NCBI GenBank assembly: GCA_019561615.1 | Contig: JAHEQA010000036.1 | Location: 1-64,000, forward strand | Direction: 5' to 3' | DNA from: Methanothermococcus sp. SCGC AD-155-E23 | GTDB lineage: Archaea; AGJL01; Methanococci; Methanococcales; Methanococcaceae | Length of the DNA: 64,000 bases | Shown: positions 40,747 through 50,222 of the stretch, piece after piece | How the letters are laid out: every line of letters begins with the position of its first letter | Numbering within the stretch: the first letter of the stretch is position 1 | Made by a program: the position numbers and the translations under genes | Notes under the pieces: generated by a model | Seen by the model: the letters and a program-made list of their open reading frames with translations, nothing else | Told to the model about the DNA's origin: nothing | The model's database searches: none

Positions 40747-40795
40747 TACTAAGATATATTAGAGGGGTATTGCAAATATAAAAATATTACGACAA

Positions 40796-41098
40796 CTACT
40801 CGTACAACTCACATTTCAGAGAGTAAACAATGGTATCCTTGGGAAATAGATTTTTGATTTTCTCCCTTATCTCCCTAAGTTCCTCCTCTTCAGGTCTGTA
40901 TTTTACCTCCTTGTCCAGTGTAAATCCACATCTGTAGTAGTAGGTGTCACCAACAACCATTCCAATCTCTGGGAACTCTAGAGATCTTACCACTACATCT
41001 TCCCCAAGGATCTCCAGTATCCCCTCAAGTATCCTCTTAAAGTCTATTTTTTCCCTGGTGTAGAACACCCCATCTATCATTATCTTCATCTCTACCAC
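40796..41098 (-). CDS. hypothetical protein
   Basis: 100-aa ORF with host codon usage filling the intergenic gap. Start may be ATG 41089 after GAGGTGG. Confidence 0.7.
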   Translation of the reverse strand: MVEMKIMIDGVFYTREKIDFKRILEGILEILGEDVVVRSLEFPEIGMVVGDTYYYRCGFTLDKEVKYRPEEEELREIREKIKNLFPKDTIVYSLKCELYE

Positions 41099-41160
41099 CT
41101 CAAATAGTAATAAAAAGAATGAGTCACAAGGTAAATATTAAAGCATTTAAGGGGACCTCT

Positions 41161-42309
41161 ATGTTGAAATTTGGTGAGGCAGTACTTGGAAGGGATATTG
41201 TTGCCACTGTTAACCTAATAATAGGTAGGGGAGAGAGGATAGACACTGCATTCACCAATGCATTAACAAGGGTACCTACTCCTATACTGGCAAATCTAAG
41301 GGATAACCTTATAGTGAAACCCTTAACCTTGGTAGTGCCTAGGAACACCTTAACAAGTGATATCCAGTGTAACCTTCTCCACGGTCCTATACAGTACGGA
41401 GTGGCAAAGGCTGTTGCAGACTTGGAGCTAGAGGAGGATCTAAAGTTGATAGTTACAGTCTCTGTACCAGATATACCCTATACCCAACTTAACAAGAGGA
41501 AGCTCTTCCACTACTACTACGGTGCTACAAGGTTGGCTATAAAGAGGGCCCTAAATGACTACCCCTCAAGGGAGAAGGTTAAGGAGGAGAAGTACAGGGC
41601 TATTCATCCCCTTGTTGGCTTTAGGGATATTAGGTTGGAGAGGCCCCCCTATCTCCAGGTTGCATTGGATATACCCTCTATGGAAAATGTGGAGTACGTG
41701 CTAGAGTCCCTCCCACCAAGTGACAGGATAATAGTTGAGGCAGGTACCCCTCTTATTAAGAAGTACGGTATCAATGTTGTGGAGCGTATAAGGGAGATAT
41801 ACGACGGTTTCATCGTTGCAGATCTTAAGACCTTGGATACAGGGAGGGTGGAGGTGAGGATGGCCTTTGAATCCACGGCAAATGCAGTGATTTTAAGTGG
41901 TACAGCACCTAGGGAGACTATACTAAAAGGTATCCACGAGTGTGAGAGGTGTGGTATAATAAGTTACCTGGACACTATAAACGTAAGTGATCCCTTTGGC
42001 CTCTACGACTCCCTGGAGTTGAAACCTGACGTCCTACTTCTACACAGGGCCATAGATGAGGAGGGTAAGGTACCAATGAGGGAGTACAGGGAGGTTAAGG
42101 GAGAGAAGGGGCCCCTCCTAGGTATAGCAGGAGGTGTTACCCTGGATAAAATAGAGGAGTTAAAGGAGAAATACCACATAATCGTTGTAGGTAGGGGGAT
42201 TACAAGATCCAGGGATCCTGGCAGAGTTGCAAGGGCCATAGTGGATAAGTTGGGAGAGGATATAGACCAGTACAGGTTAGAGGAGGATGAAGATGTCCCC
42301 CTCAGATGA
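41161..42309 (+). CDS. fae-hps: bifunctional formaldehyde-activating enzyme-like / 3-hexulose-6-phosphate synthase (Fae-Hps)
   Basis: Fae domain (FGEA, NLIVKP-TL-VP, GPIQYGVAKAVAD, HP) plus HPS domain (LQVALD, EAGTPLIK, ADLKTLDTG, IAGGV, VVGR). Confidence 0.88.
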   Translation: MLKFGEAVLGRDIVATVNLIIGRGERIDTAFTNALTRVPTPILANLRDNLIVKPLTLVVPRNTLTSDIQCNLLHGPIQYGVAKAVADLELEEDLKLIVTVSVPDIPYTQLNKRKLFHYYYGATRLAIKRALNDYPSREKVKEEKYRAIHPLVGFRDIRLERPPYLQVALDIPSMENVEYVLESLPPSDRIIVEAGTPLIKKYGINVVERIREIYDGFIVADLKTLDTGRVEVRMAFESTANAVILSGTAPRETILKGIHECERCGIISYLDTINVSDPFGLYDSLELKPDVLLLHRAIDEEGKVPMREYREVKGEKGPLLGIAGGVTLDKIEELKEKYHIIVVGRGITRSRDPGRVARAIVDKLGEDIDQYRLEEDEDVPLR

Positions 42310-43393
42310 TATCATCTCCGTAAGTGATAGCAACTTCTTGGAATGTATTAGAGGTAAAAAACCCCTATTTATCTCTGTTATCTCCAGTATAGAGACTACC
42401 AGGTATCTCCCTATCTCCGGGGTTAACAGGGAGGTGATAGAGTATACCCCTGCTGCAGATATGGAGTTGGTAATAAGGGGGAGGAGCCTCTCCCTTCCCT
42501 CCCCTCCAGTAGATGCCACCATGTCCCCAAGTCCTGCAACTATCACCAGGGCAAATGTCCATCTAAAGAATGTCCCTGTTTTAACAGTAGATGCTGGAGC
42601 CCTGGTAAAGCCTAAGATACCCCCCTCTACCTACATCCCTGTAGATAGAAAGCCTACTGGAGATATCTCCAAGGGTCTTGCAATGGAGAACTCTAGAAAA
42701 CTCTTTGAAATTGGCAGGGAGATTGGAAGGAGGTTAGGGGTTAAGGAGGATTTCCAGGTAGTAGTTATTGGAGAGTGTGTACCAGGAGGTACAACCTCTG
42801 CCCTAGGGGTGCTCCTGGGATTGGGTTACGATGCAGAGGATAAGGTAAGCTCCGGCTCCCTTAAGAACCCCAGGGAGTTAAAGTTAAAAGTTGTTAGAGA
42901 GGGTTTAAAGAGGGTAAAATCCAGGGATGTATTTGATATACTCAACGCCGTTGGAGACAAGATGATGCCTGTTGTTGCAGGGATGGTATTTTCACTGGTT
43001 AAATGTAAAAAGTATGTTATCCTAGGTGGAGGTACCCAGATGGCCTCAGTACTTGCAGTTATAAAGGAGATAGAGGGGAAGTTAAAAGAGAGTATTTTAG
43101 ACTCAGGTTACATCTCCCTAGGTACCACAGAGTTCCTCCTTAGGGATAGACACTCAGATATAAGGGGTTTAGTGGAGGAGATAGGGGAGGATATACCACT
43201 GTACGCCGCAAGGTTTCACTACGAGAGATCTAGGATAGAGGGGTTGAGGGCCTACTGCAGGGGTGCTGTAAAGGAGGGGGTAGGTGCCGGAGGAATCTCC
43301 ATATACTCCTATATCAATGGACTCTCCTCGGAAGATATAAGGGGTTATGTGGAGGGTAACTATCATCAATGGTATGGAGATAGGAAACTATAA
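42287..43393 (+). CDS. cobT: archaeal nicotinate-mononucleotide-dependent phosphoribosyltransferase CobT (TIGR00303-like)
   Basis: ISG, YTPAADME, PSPATITRA, GECVPGGTTSA, LGGGTQM and VKEGVGAGG. Confidence 0.88.
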   Translation: MKMSPSDDIISVSDSNFLECIRGKKPLFISVISSIETTRYLPISGVNREVIEYTPAADMELVIRGRSLSLPSPPVDATMSPSPATITRANVHLKNVPVLTVDAGALVKPKIPPSTYIPVDRKPTGDISKGLAMENSRKLFEIGREIGRRLGVKEDFQVVVIGECVPGGTTSALGVLLGLGYDAEDKVSSGSLKNPRELKLKVVREGLKRVKSRDVFDILNAVGDKMMPVVAGMVFSLVKCKKYVILGGGTQMASVLAVIKEIEGKLKESILDSGYISLGTTEFLLRDRHSDIRGLVEEIGEDIPLYAARFHYERSRIEGLRAYCRGAVKEGVGAGGISIYSYINGLSSEDIRGYVEGNYHQWYGDRKL

Positions 43394-43446
43394 AAACATT
43401 AACATAACTTACTATTTTTATCTTTAATTAAAAATAGAGGGAAAAG

Positions 43447-44082
43447 ATGGACATAAAAGATCTAATTCTAAATCCAGATAAATTTTTTAGAGAGCTCTCC
43501 ACTAGAGAACCCTCCCTTCTACCCCCTTTCCTAATTGTTCTAACCCTCTCAGTACTTAGTGCCATCCATGCATATTACAAATTTTCTGTAATAGCCAACA
43601 TCTTTCCCCCAGATATGCAAGAACTTCTATCTATGTTTCTAGTATTTACCCTGTTGACCTCCTTCCTAGGTGGGTTTATAGAATGGGTGCTGGTGGCAGG
43701 GATAATGCACCTGATTTCTGCACTGTTTAAGGGGGAAGGTCCTTTTAAGAGGACCTTGGAGTTTATAGGTTACGGTTTCTTTCCAAACATTGTAGGAGTG
43801 TTGCTCACCATATTCATAAGTTACTACTTCCTCTCAGGTGTAGAGTTACCTACACTAACAATGGAGCAGTTGAAGAACCCTGAAGTTGCAAGGGAGATCC
43901 TCGCCTCTATACTTCCAAAGACTATGAAATACACCATGGCCTTAATTGAAATTGCAGTTCTCCTCTGGAACTTAGTTCTATGGACCTATGGAATAAAGTA
44001 TGCCAGAAATTTGGATCTAAACAGGGCATTTATCGTTGCACTAATACCCACAGTGTTATACCTTATCCACAGATTATTATAG
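43447..44082 (+). CDS. Yip1-domain membrane protein
   Basis: LILNPDKFF, G-F-RTL---GY and a five-transmembrane pattern. Confidence 0.82.
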   Translation: MDIKDLILNPDKFFRELSTREPSLLPPFLIVLTLSVLSAIHAYYKFSVIANIFPPDMQELLSMFLVFTLLTSFLGGFIEWVLVAGIMHLISALFKGEGPFKRTLEFIGYGFFPNIVGVLLTIFISYYFLSGVELPTLTMEQLKNPEVAREILASILPKTMKYTMALIEIAVLLWNLVLWTYGIKYARNLDLNRAFIVALIPTVLYLIHRLL

Positions 44083-44110
44083 GGCATGACGTCTACCCTA
44101 AGGTGAAGTT

Positions 44111-45598
44111 ATGAGAGGGTTCTTTTTTCTATTTTTATTTCTTATTTTCAGTATTCCTGTATACGGGGTGGAATTTGTAAACTTTGACTATAAAAATGAG
44201 TACCTGGAGCCTGGAAAGACCTACGACCTGTGGGTTGTAATCCAGGCGGAGGAGGAGATGAACAACAGTGTTGTTGGTATTTACCCTTACGGAGTAGGTA
44301 GCCAGTATATTGAGATTCTCAAGGGGAAGGATTACATTGGATATCTACCTGAGGGTGTAATAGATGTAGGGCACTTTTTCATACATATTAAGGAGGGCAC
44401 CCCTTCAGGAGACTACAAGGTGGTAGTCTACTGTAACTATACAAGGGATGGGAAAAAGTACTCAAACAATAGAGTATTTGAGATTCCAGTGAGGGGAAAA
44501 CCAGCTTTGACACTGGAGTACACACCTCTAATTGAGGAGGGGATGAATAGAATCTATATAGTGATAAAGAATGAGGGTACAGGGACAGCTCAGGATGTAA
44601 AGATAAGGTTTGAAGAGGGAGAGAATATATACGCCCTTTCCGAGGGGTACATCCCCTATATAAAACCTGGTGAGGGGAAGGCAATAGAGGTAAAGGTCTA
44701 TGGGGTAGGTACTGGGATGGCAAAACTACCCTACATACTTCAATACAGCACTCCCTACAACAACCTCCAACTGGTGGAGAAAAGTGAAAGTGAAAGTATA
44801 CATTCAAAGACTGTAACCTATACCTATAAAAATCAGAGAAAGGTGGAGGAGAGGGGAAATTTAGTATTCAAGATCATTCCAAGTGATGCCGTGGAGATAG
44901 AGGTGAAGAATCCCCTTCTTCCCCTTGGAGAGATAACTAACTTTACACTTACCCTTAAAAACAACTACAGAGACACCAGATTCACTGTAATGGTGGGGAG
45001 GTACTACATAGGAAACAACAAGAAAAGTCTATTCCTTAGAAAGGGGGAGGTTAGGAATATAACATTTACCCTAAAGATGGAGGAGGGGGGTATTAAGGAG
45101 ATCCCTGTGAAGGTGATCTTTGAGGGAAAGGAGATAGAGAGAAATATAGCTGTGGATGTAATTGGAAAGGCAGAGTTGGTGTTAACAGGTGTAAATGTAG
45201 AGGGAACAGGTGACCTAATTATAACTGGGGACCTATCCAACCTGGGAACAGGGAGGGCTAGAGGTGTGTTGATATCCCTTAAGAAAACAGAATATGTAAT
45301 CCCAATGAAACCCTATGAGAATTACTTTATAGGTACCTTGGAACCTAACGACTACGGAAGTTTTGAACTTCACGCCAAGGTGATAAATGAGACAGATGTT
45401 ATACCAGTGGTTATACAGTACCGTGAGGAGAACAACAGAGTGGTTAAGGTGGAGAGGAATATAAGTGTCAGGGGTATGGATATCTACATCTCTGGGAAGA
45501 GGGAGGGTGAATACATCCCCCTTATATTTGGGGGGCTATTCCTCCTTGGAGTTCTTTTTTTACTCTACAGGGTATTTTTAGGAAAGGGGTCTAAATGA
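44111..45598 (+). CDS. COG1361 S-layer-domain (Ig-like) membrane-anchored protein
   Basis: Signal peptide, KNEGTGTA-DV, GDLSNLGTG-A, YFIGTLEPNDYGSFEL and a C-terminal transmembrane helix. Confidence 0.8.
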   Translation: MRGFFFLFLFLIFSIPVYGVEFVNFDYKNEYLEPGKTYDLWVVIQAEEEMNNSVVGIYPYGVGSQYIEILKGKDYIGYLPEGVIDVGHFFIHIKEGTPSGDYKVVVYCNYTRDGKKYSNNRVFEIPVRGKPALTLEYTPLIEEGMNRIYIVIKNEGTGTAQDVKIRFEEGENIYALSEGYIPYIKPGEGKAIEVKVYGVGTGMAKLPYILQYSTPYNNLQLVEKSESESIHSKTVTYTYKNQRKVEERGNLVFKIIPSDAVEIEVKNPLLPLGEITNFTLTLKNNYRDTRFTVMVGRYYIGNNKKSLFLRKGEVRNITFTLKMEEGGIKEIPVKVIFEGKEIERNIAVDVIGKAELVLTGVNVEGTGDLIITGDLSNLGTGRARGVLISLKKTEYVIPMKPYENYFIGTLEPNDYGSFELHAKVINETDVIPVVIQYREENNRVVKVERNISVRGMDIYISGKREGEYIPLIFGGLFLLGVLFLLYRVFLGKGSK

Positions 45599-46272
45599 TA
45601 GAGCTTAGGGATGTGACAAAGACCTACAGGGTAGGAGGTGAGGTAATCTACGCCCTGAGGAGTATAAACTTAAAGATAGGGAGTGGGGAATTTGTGGCAG
45701 TTATGGGGCCTAGTGGAAGTGGGAAGTCTACACTGTTAAATATTATGGGATGTCTAGATAGGCCTGACAGTGGAGAGGTGTATATAGATGGTATAAAGAC
45801 CAGCCATCTAGAGGAGGATAAGTTAACAGAGATTAGAAGGGATAAGATTGGATTTGTATTTCAACAGTTCAACCTTATACCCCTTTTAACTGCACTGGAG
45901 AACGTTGAACTCCCCCTGATATTCAAGTATAGAAACAGGCTATCTGAGAGGGAGAGGAGGGAGAGGGCCCTGAGATGTTTAAGGATGGCGGAGTTAGATG
46001 AGAGATTTGCAAACCACTATCCCAATCAGTTAAGTGGAGGACAGCAGCAGAGGGTTGCCATAGCAAGGGCACTGGCAAACAACCCTCCAATTCTACTATG
46101 TGACGAACCTACAGGGAGTCTAGACTCAAAAACTGGAGAGAAGATATTGAAGTTGTTAAAGAGGTTGAACAGGGAGGGAAAAACTGTTGTAGTAGTTACC
46201 CACGACAGATCTGTGGCGGAGCACGCCCACAGGATTATCTATCTGCGGGATGGGAGGATAGTGAGACAGTGA
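45595..46272 (+). CDS. ABC transporter ATPase, LolD/MacB-type
   Basis: [42 protein letters not shown] and VTHD. Confidence 0.92.
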   Translation: MIELRDVTKTYRVGGEVIYALRSINLKIGSGEFVAVMGPSGSGKSTLLNIMGCLDRPDSGEVYIDGIKTSHLEEDKLTEIRRDKIGFVFQQFNLIPLLTALENVELPLIFKYRNRLSERERRERALRCLRMAELDERFANHYPNQLSGGQQQRVAIARALANNPPILLCDEPTGSLDSKTGEKILKLLKRLNREGKTVVVVTHDRSVAEHAHRIIYLRDGRIVRQ

Positions 46273-46276
46273 AACC

Positions 46277-47380
46277 ATGTACCTCAAGATGGCAGAGAGG
46301 AATCTAAGGAGACATATCTTAAGAAGTACCTTGGCCTTACTAGGTATTATTATAGGTGTTATGACCATCTCCTCCCTGGGCATTCTAGGAAGTGCCCTGA
46401 AGCATATAGTACTTGAGAACTTTGAAGGTTTGGCAGATTTTGTCCTGGTCTACCCCAACCCTGAAGAGGGATACCTGTACTTCACAAAGAGGGACGTGGA
46501 CAAATTAAAGAAACTAAGGTATACTGTAATCCCCATATCTTTAAAAACTGATTTAGTGTATATCAGGGGAGAAAATAAAAAGAGCTATACAAAGATATAC
46601 GGTGTAAGGAAGGACCAGATAAGGTACTTGAATCTGGAAACCCAGGGCAAGTTGGGAGATACAAAGGTATACGTAGATAGTATCTTCGCCAGGAACCACC
46701 ATCTAGAAGTTGGGGACAGGATAATCCTAAGGAACACCTCCTTTAGAATAGCTGGTATTTACAACAGCTCCTTTTTTATAATATCCTCTAACTCCATCAT
46801 CCTATCTCAGAAGACCCACAGGAGGTTCTACGGCGACAATTACTCCTTCCTTGTAATCTATGTGAAAGATAGAGGAGAGATAGAGAAAGTAAAAAGGGAA
46901 ATAGAGAGGATAATGAATAAGAAGGAGAGAAAAGTCATAGTCCACTCTATGGATAAGATCCTTAAGTCTATGGAGAATATTATAGATAAACTCTCCCTCT
47001 TTTTAATGGGTATAGGAGGGATATCCCTTTTAGTTGCAGGGGTTGGAATTGGTAACATAATGTTAATGAGTACAGTTGAGAGGACCAGGGAGATTGGAAT
47101 TATGAAAAGTATAGGGGCGTCTAAAAGGGATATTCTAATGCTCTTTCTATGTGAATCCCTGATCCTAGGTGTTATTGGCAGTGTTCTAGGGGTTTTATTA
47201 AGCTTAATATTAGGCTATCTAGTGGTTCACTACCTGCTAAACTCCTATATAACTTTGGAGGGTTTAGTCTATTCACTACTAGGGTTTTTATTTGGAGTTG
47301 GAATCTCTGTAGTTGCATCCCTATACCCTGCCTACAAGGCTGCAAATTTAGACCCAGTCAAGGCCCTGAAAAGTGAGTAA
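46277..47380 (+). CDS. ABC transporter permease, MacB/FtsX-type
   Basis: RS-LALLGIIIGV, SLLVAGVGIGNIMLMSTVERTREIGIMKSIGA and YPAYKAANLDPV-AL. Confidence 0.92.
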   Translation: MYLKMAERNLRRHILRSTLALLGIIIGVMTISSLGILGSALKHIVLENFEGLADFVLVYPNPEEGYLYFTKRDVDKLKKLRYTVIPISLKTDLVYIRGENKKSYTKIYGVRKDQIRYLNLETQGKLGDTKVYVDSIFARNHHLEVGDRIILRNTSFRIAGIYNSSFFIISSNSIILSQKTHRRFYGDNYSFLVIYVKDRGEIEKVKREIERIMNKKERKVIVHSMDKILKSMENIIDKLSLFLMGIGGISLLVAGVGIGNIMLMSTVERTREIGIMKSIGASKRDILMLFLCESLILGVIGSVLGVLLSLILGYLVVHYLLNSYITLEGLVYSLLGFLFGVGISVVASLYPAYKAANLDPVKALKSE

Positions 47381-47394
47381 GAATCTGGGATAGG

Positions 47395-48612
47395 ATGAAG
47401 GTACTACTTATAGATCCTAAGATATCAGGCATCTCTGGGGATATGCTACTCTCTGCACTTATAGATCTCACTGGAGATCTTGAGACGGTGTATAAAATAG
47501 CCCAGGTTATAGAGGAGTTGGACAACTGTGAAAGGTTTAAGGTGGAAATTAGGGAGGAGAGGATAAAGGGAATTAGGGCTAAAAGACTTTATATGGAGAT
47601 AGTAGAGGATAGGTTGAAAAATCCCCAGGATCTGAAAGGGGCCATGGAGAAGGTGATAAATAGGTTGGAACTCTCAGGGAGGGTAAGGGATCTATCCCTG
47701 AACATCCTGGAGGATCTTATATCTGCAGAGATGAAGGTACATGGGAGTCATAATATTCATCTCCACGAGATCTCCTCCCTTGACACTATCTTCGATATTC
47801 TTGGATGTGTCACACTACTTGAGAGACATGGATACCTAGATGGAAAGGTATACTCTACACCTCCAGTACTGGGAGGGGGGTATATTCAGGGGGAGCATGG
47901 TATACTCCCTGTACCAGCCCCAAGTACTCTGGAGATACTCTGTAAATATAGAATTAAGTACACCAATACTCCTTACACCTCTAACTTTGAGCATACAACA
48001 CCTACAGGTATAGCAATACTGGCCAACATCGTAGATAAAATATTTGACAGCTACCCAGAGATGGTACCTTTAAAGGTGGGATATGGAGGGGGCTCTAAGA
48101 GTTTGGAGGATATTCCCAACATCCTCAGAGTAGTTGAGGGGGAGGTGGATGAGAAGGGGGAGGGAATTGTAGTCCTTGAAACAAATGTAGATGATATACC
48201 AGGTGAGGTTGTTGGACACCTATACGAGACACTGTTTAAGAGGGGTGCCAGGGAGGTCTTCGTTGTAAACGGTATAGGGAAGAAGAATAGACCTACCTAT
48301 GTTATCACCGTGATTACAGACTATGGAAATCTAGAAAAGATGGTGGAAACACTTATGGAGGAAACTGGAACCTTGGGGGTGAGGATAAAAGAGGTGGAGA
48401 GGATAAAGGCGGAGCGTAGAATTGAGGTATGGAACATCAGTATAGAGGGTAGATCCTACAGGTGTAGAGTCAAGGTATCCTACTATAAGGATAGATTAAT
48501 AAATGTAAAGCCTGAGTACGAGGATGTGAAGAGGATAGCAGAGGATCTTAACATGCCCCTTAGATTGGTCTTAAAAAAGATTGAGTGGGAGATATCTAAA
48601 AGATTGTCTTAA
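47395..48612 (+). CDS. larC: nickel-pincer cofactor nickel insertase LarC family (TIGR00299)
   Basis: SGISGDM, VHG---IHLHE, HG-LPVPAP, TPTG, LETNVDD, KKNRP, ETGTLGVR and KPEYED. Confidence 0.9.
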   Translation: MKVLLIDPKISGISGDMLLSALIDLTGDLETVYKIAQVIEELDNCERFKVEIREERIKGIRAKRLYMEIVEDRLKNPQDLKGAMEKVINRLELSGRVRDLSLNILEDLISAEMKVHGSHNIHLHEISSLDTIFDILGCVTLLERHGYLDGKVYSTPPVLGGGYIQGEHGILPVPAPSTLEILCKYRIKYTNTPYTSNFEHTTPTGIAILANIVDKIFDSYPEMVPLKVGYGGGSKSLEDIPNILRVVEGEVDEKGEGIVVLETNVDDIPGEVVGHLYETLFKRGAREVFVVNGIGKKNRPTYVITVITDYGNLEKMVETLMEETGTLGVRIKEVERIKAERRIEVWNISIEGRSYRCRVKVSYYKDRLINVKPEYEDVKRIAEDLNMPLRLVLKKIEWEISKRLS

Positions 48613-50147
48613 CTTACCACTACACCAGTTATGGACCTTCTACCGTAATCTACCACCTTCACATCTACGAAGGTTCTAAGGTTTAGACCCTCCCCTTTTA
48701 TACCTACCAGTATAGGGTAGGTGCCAAGTTGTCTGCCAAAGTATAGGTTTTTCTCCCTCACCTCTAACAGTACATCCCTTAAGATAGTACCCCTGGGAAT
48801 TACCCTCTTCAACATAGGTTTATCTATCTCCTCCCTCACCTTCTCCTTAAAACTTAGAAATAGCTTCTTCCTCTTCATCGCCTTTTTAATATCTTTCATA
48901 TCTATGTTGGTGCCGTAGTAGGGTACCACCTGTCTTATATTTATCCTTCGTAACATCAAACCCCTGTCGTATATCTCCTTCAGATACTGGTAGTTTATCT
49001 TGAAGGTCCTCTTGGACTCTCCCTTTAACCCAAAGAGTAGATTTATACCTGGAAGTAGATAGGGGAGGCCACTTGGACCCCTCCTACCTCCAATCTCGTT
49101 AAGTATCTCCACAGCCTTAAGGACATCCTCTGGGGTTGTTAAGAGGTTGTTCATCCTGATTACCTTCTCGTCGAAGCTTTCAACACCAAAGGCAGCCACA
49201 TTTCCACTGGTACAGTACCTTACCAGTATCTTGGCAACCTCCCTACTCTTCTCTTCATGTCTTGCTATTACTGCGGGATTGGCGTTGTCTATATGGAGTA
49301 CCTTTGGCCTAGTCCTACTCCAGATCCCCTTGAATAATCTCTCTATAGCCTCAACGTTAGGTTTTGGCACCTCCTCCCTCTCACTCTCCAGGGACTTGTA
49401 GGAGAATATACAGGGTTGTCTACCTAGTCTGAAGTATCTAACACCTTGATTGTACAACGCCTCAATCTCCTCCACTATGTCCCTCTCCTCCCTGAACTTG
49501 GGAGCACCAAAACGTCTAGGCTCTGTACAGAAGGAACATCCTCCACTTAAATACCTTGAACATCCCCTGTAGGTCTCTATCTCTGCAACAACATAGGGAT
49601 AATAGGGGTGCTCCCTCACTATCCTGGCCCCCTTTACTGCAAACTCCCTTATATCTCTGTAATCCCTAAGTTTACGGTACTCCCTGTCTACCTTCTCAAG
49701 GTTGAATCTGTTCTCTATAAGGTCAGAGAGGAGCATCTCAAGGTCCCCTTCTGCAACGAGATGGAAAAATGATTTATACTTCTCCTCATCCTTTAAGGTA
49801 CCCCCTTCCATGGAGGAACCAAATCTCGTCCCTGCAGGACCTCCCAGGATCTTAATACCCTGATAGTTGTAGAGTATGGAGACAATCTCCTTCAAGGTGG
49901 CAGGTGTGGCATTTAGATACTTTCCAGGTGTATGGGAGCCACATATAACTATTACAACATCGAACTTGTTTAAATTATATCCCTTTTTTAACTCCTCCCT
50001 TAACTTGTCTATTGTAATGTAGTGAACATCCCTGTATCCGTAGTGGTAGAGCACTCCGGCAGCGTATCTAGGGTATGTGCCTATATAGGGTGGCACCCCT
50101 AACCCTGCAGGTTCATCTGTGTATCCATCTAGAATTAGAAATCTCAT
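48609..50147 (-). CDS. radical SAM protein with C-terminal TRAM domain (COG1031-like)
   Basis: LDGYTDEPAGLGVPPY, ETYRGC-x7-CSFC, LHIDNANP, PGINLLFGL-GE, RRINIRQV and GRQLGTYP...RSITG. Confidence 0.85.
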   Translation of the reverse strand: MRFLILDGYTDEPAGLGVPPYIGTYPRYAAGVLYHYGYRDVHYITIDKLREELKKGYNLNKFDVVIVICGSHTPGKYLNATPATLKEIVSILYNYQGIKILGGPAGTRFGSSMEGGTLKDEEKYKSFFHLVAEGDLEMLLSDLIENRFNLEKVDREYRKLRDYRDIREFAVKGARIVREHPYYPYVVAEIETYRGCSRYLSGGCSFCTEPRRFGAPKFREERDIVEEIEALYNQGVRYFRLGRQPCIFSYKSLESEREEVPKPNVEAIERLFKGIWSRTRPKVLHIDNANPAVIARHEEKSREVAKILVRYCTSGNVAAFGVESFDEKVIRMNNLLTTPEDVLKAVEILNEIGGRRGPSGLPYLLPGINLLFGLKGESKRTFKINYQYLKEIYDRGLMLRRINIRQVVPYYGTNIDMKDIKKAMKRKKLFLSFKEKVREEIDKPMLKRVIPRGTILRDVLLEVREKNLYFGRQLGTYPILVGIKGEGLNLRTFVDVKVVDYGRRSITGVVVS

Positions 50148-50160
50148 AATCCCACCTTAC

Positions 50161-50175
50161 CGTAAATTATTTATA
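50161..50175 (+). promoter_or_regulatory. BRE/TATA of glnA
   Basis: CGTAAA...TTTATA about 10 bp upstream of the NrpR box. Confidence 0.6.
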
Positions 50176-50185
50176 GACATAGGGG

Positions 50186-50199
50186 GGAAAGATATTTCC
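50186..50199. promoter_or_regulatory. NrpR nitrogen operator of glnA
   Basis: GGAA-AGATAT-TTCC matches the established Methanococcus GGAA-N6-TTCC operator, between the TATA box and the glnA RBS. Confidence 0.88.
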
Positions 50200-50222
50200 G
50201 ACAAAGAGGAGGGGTGTAGATA

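Noticed and set aside
48609-50147. Calling this the archaeosine radical SAM partner RaSEA because arcS and tgtA are in the window
   Set aside because: Its architecture (N-terminal DEPAGLGVPPY domain, TRAM, 512 aa) fits COG1031, and it is not linked to arcS or tgtA.
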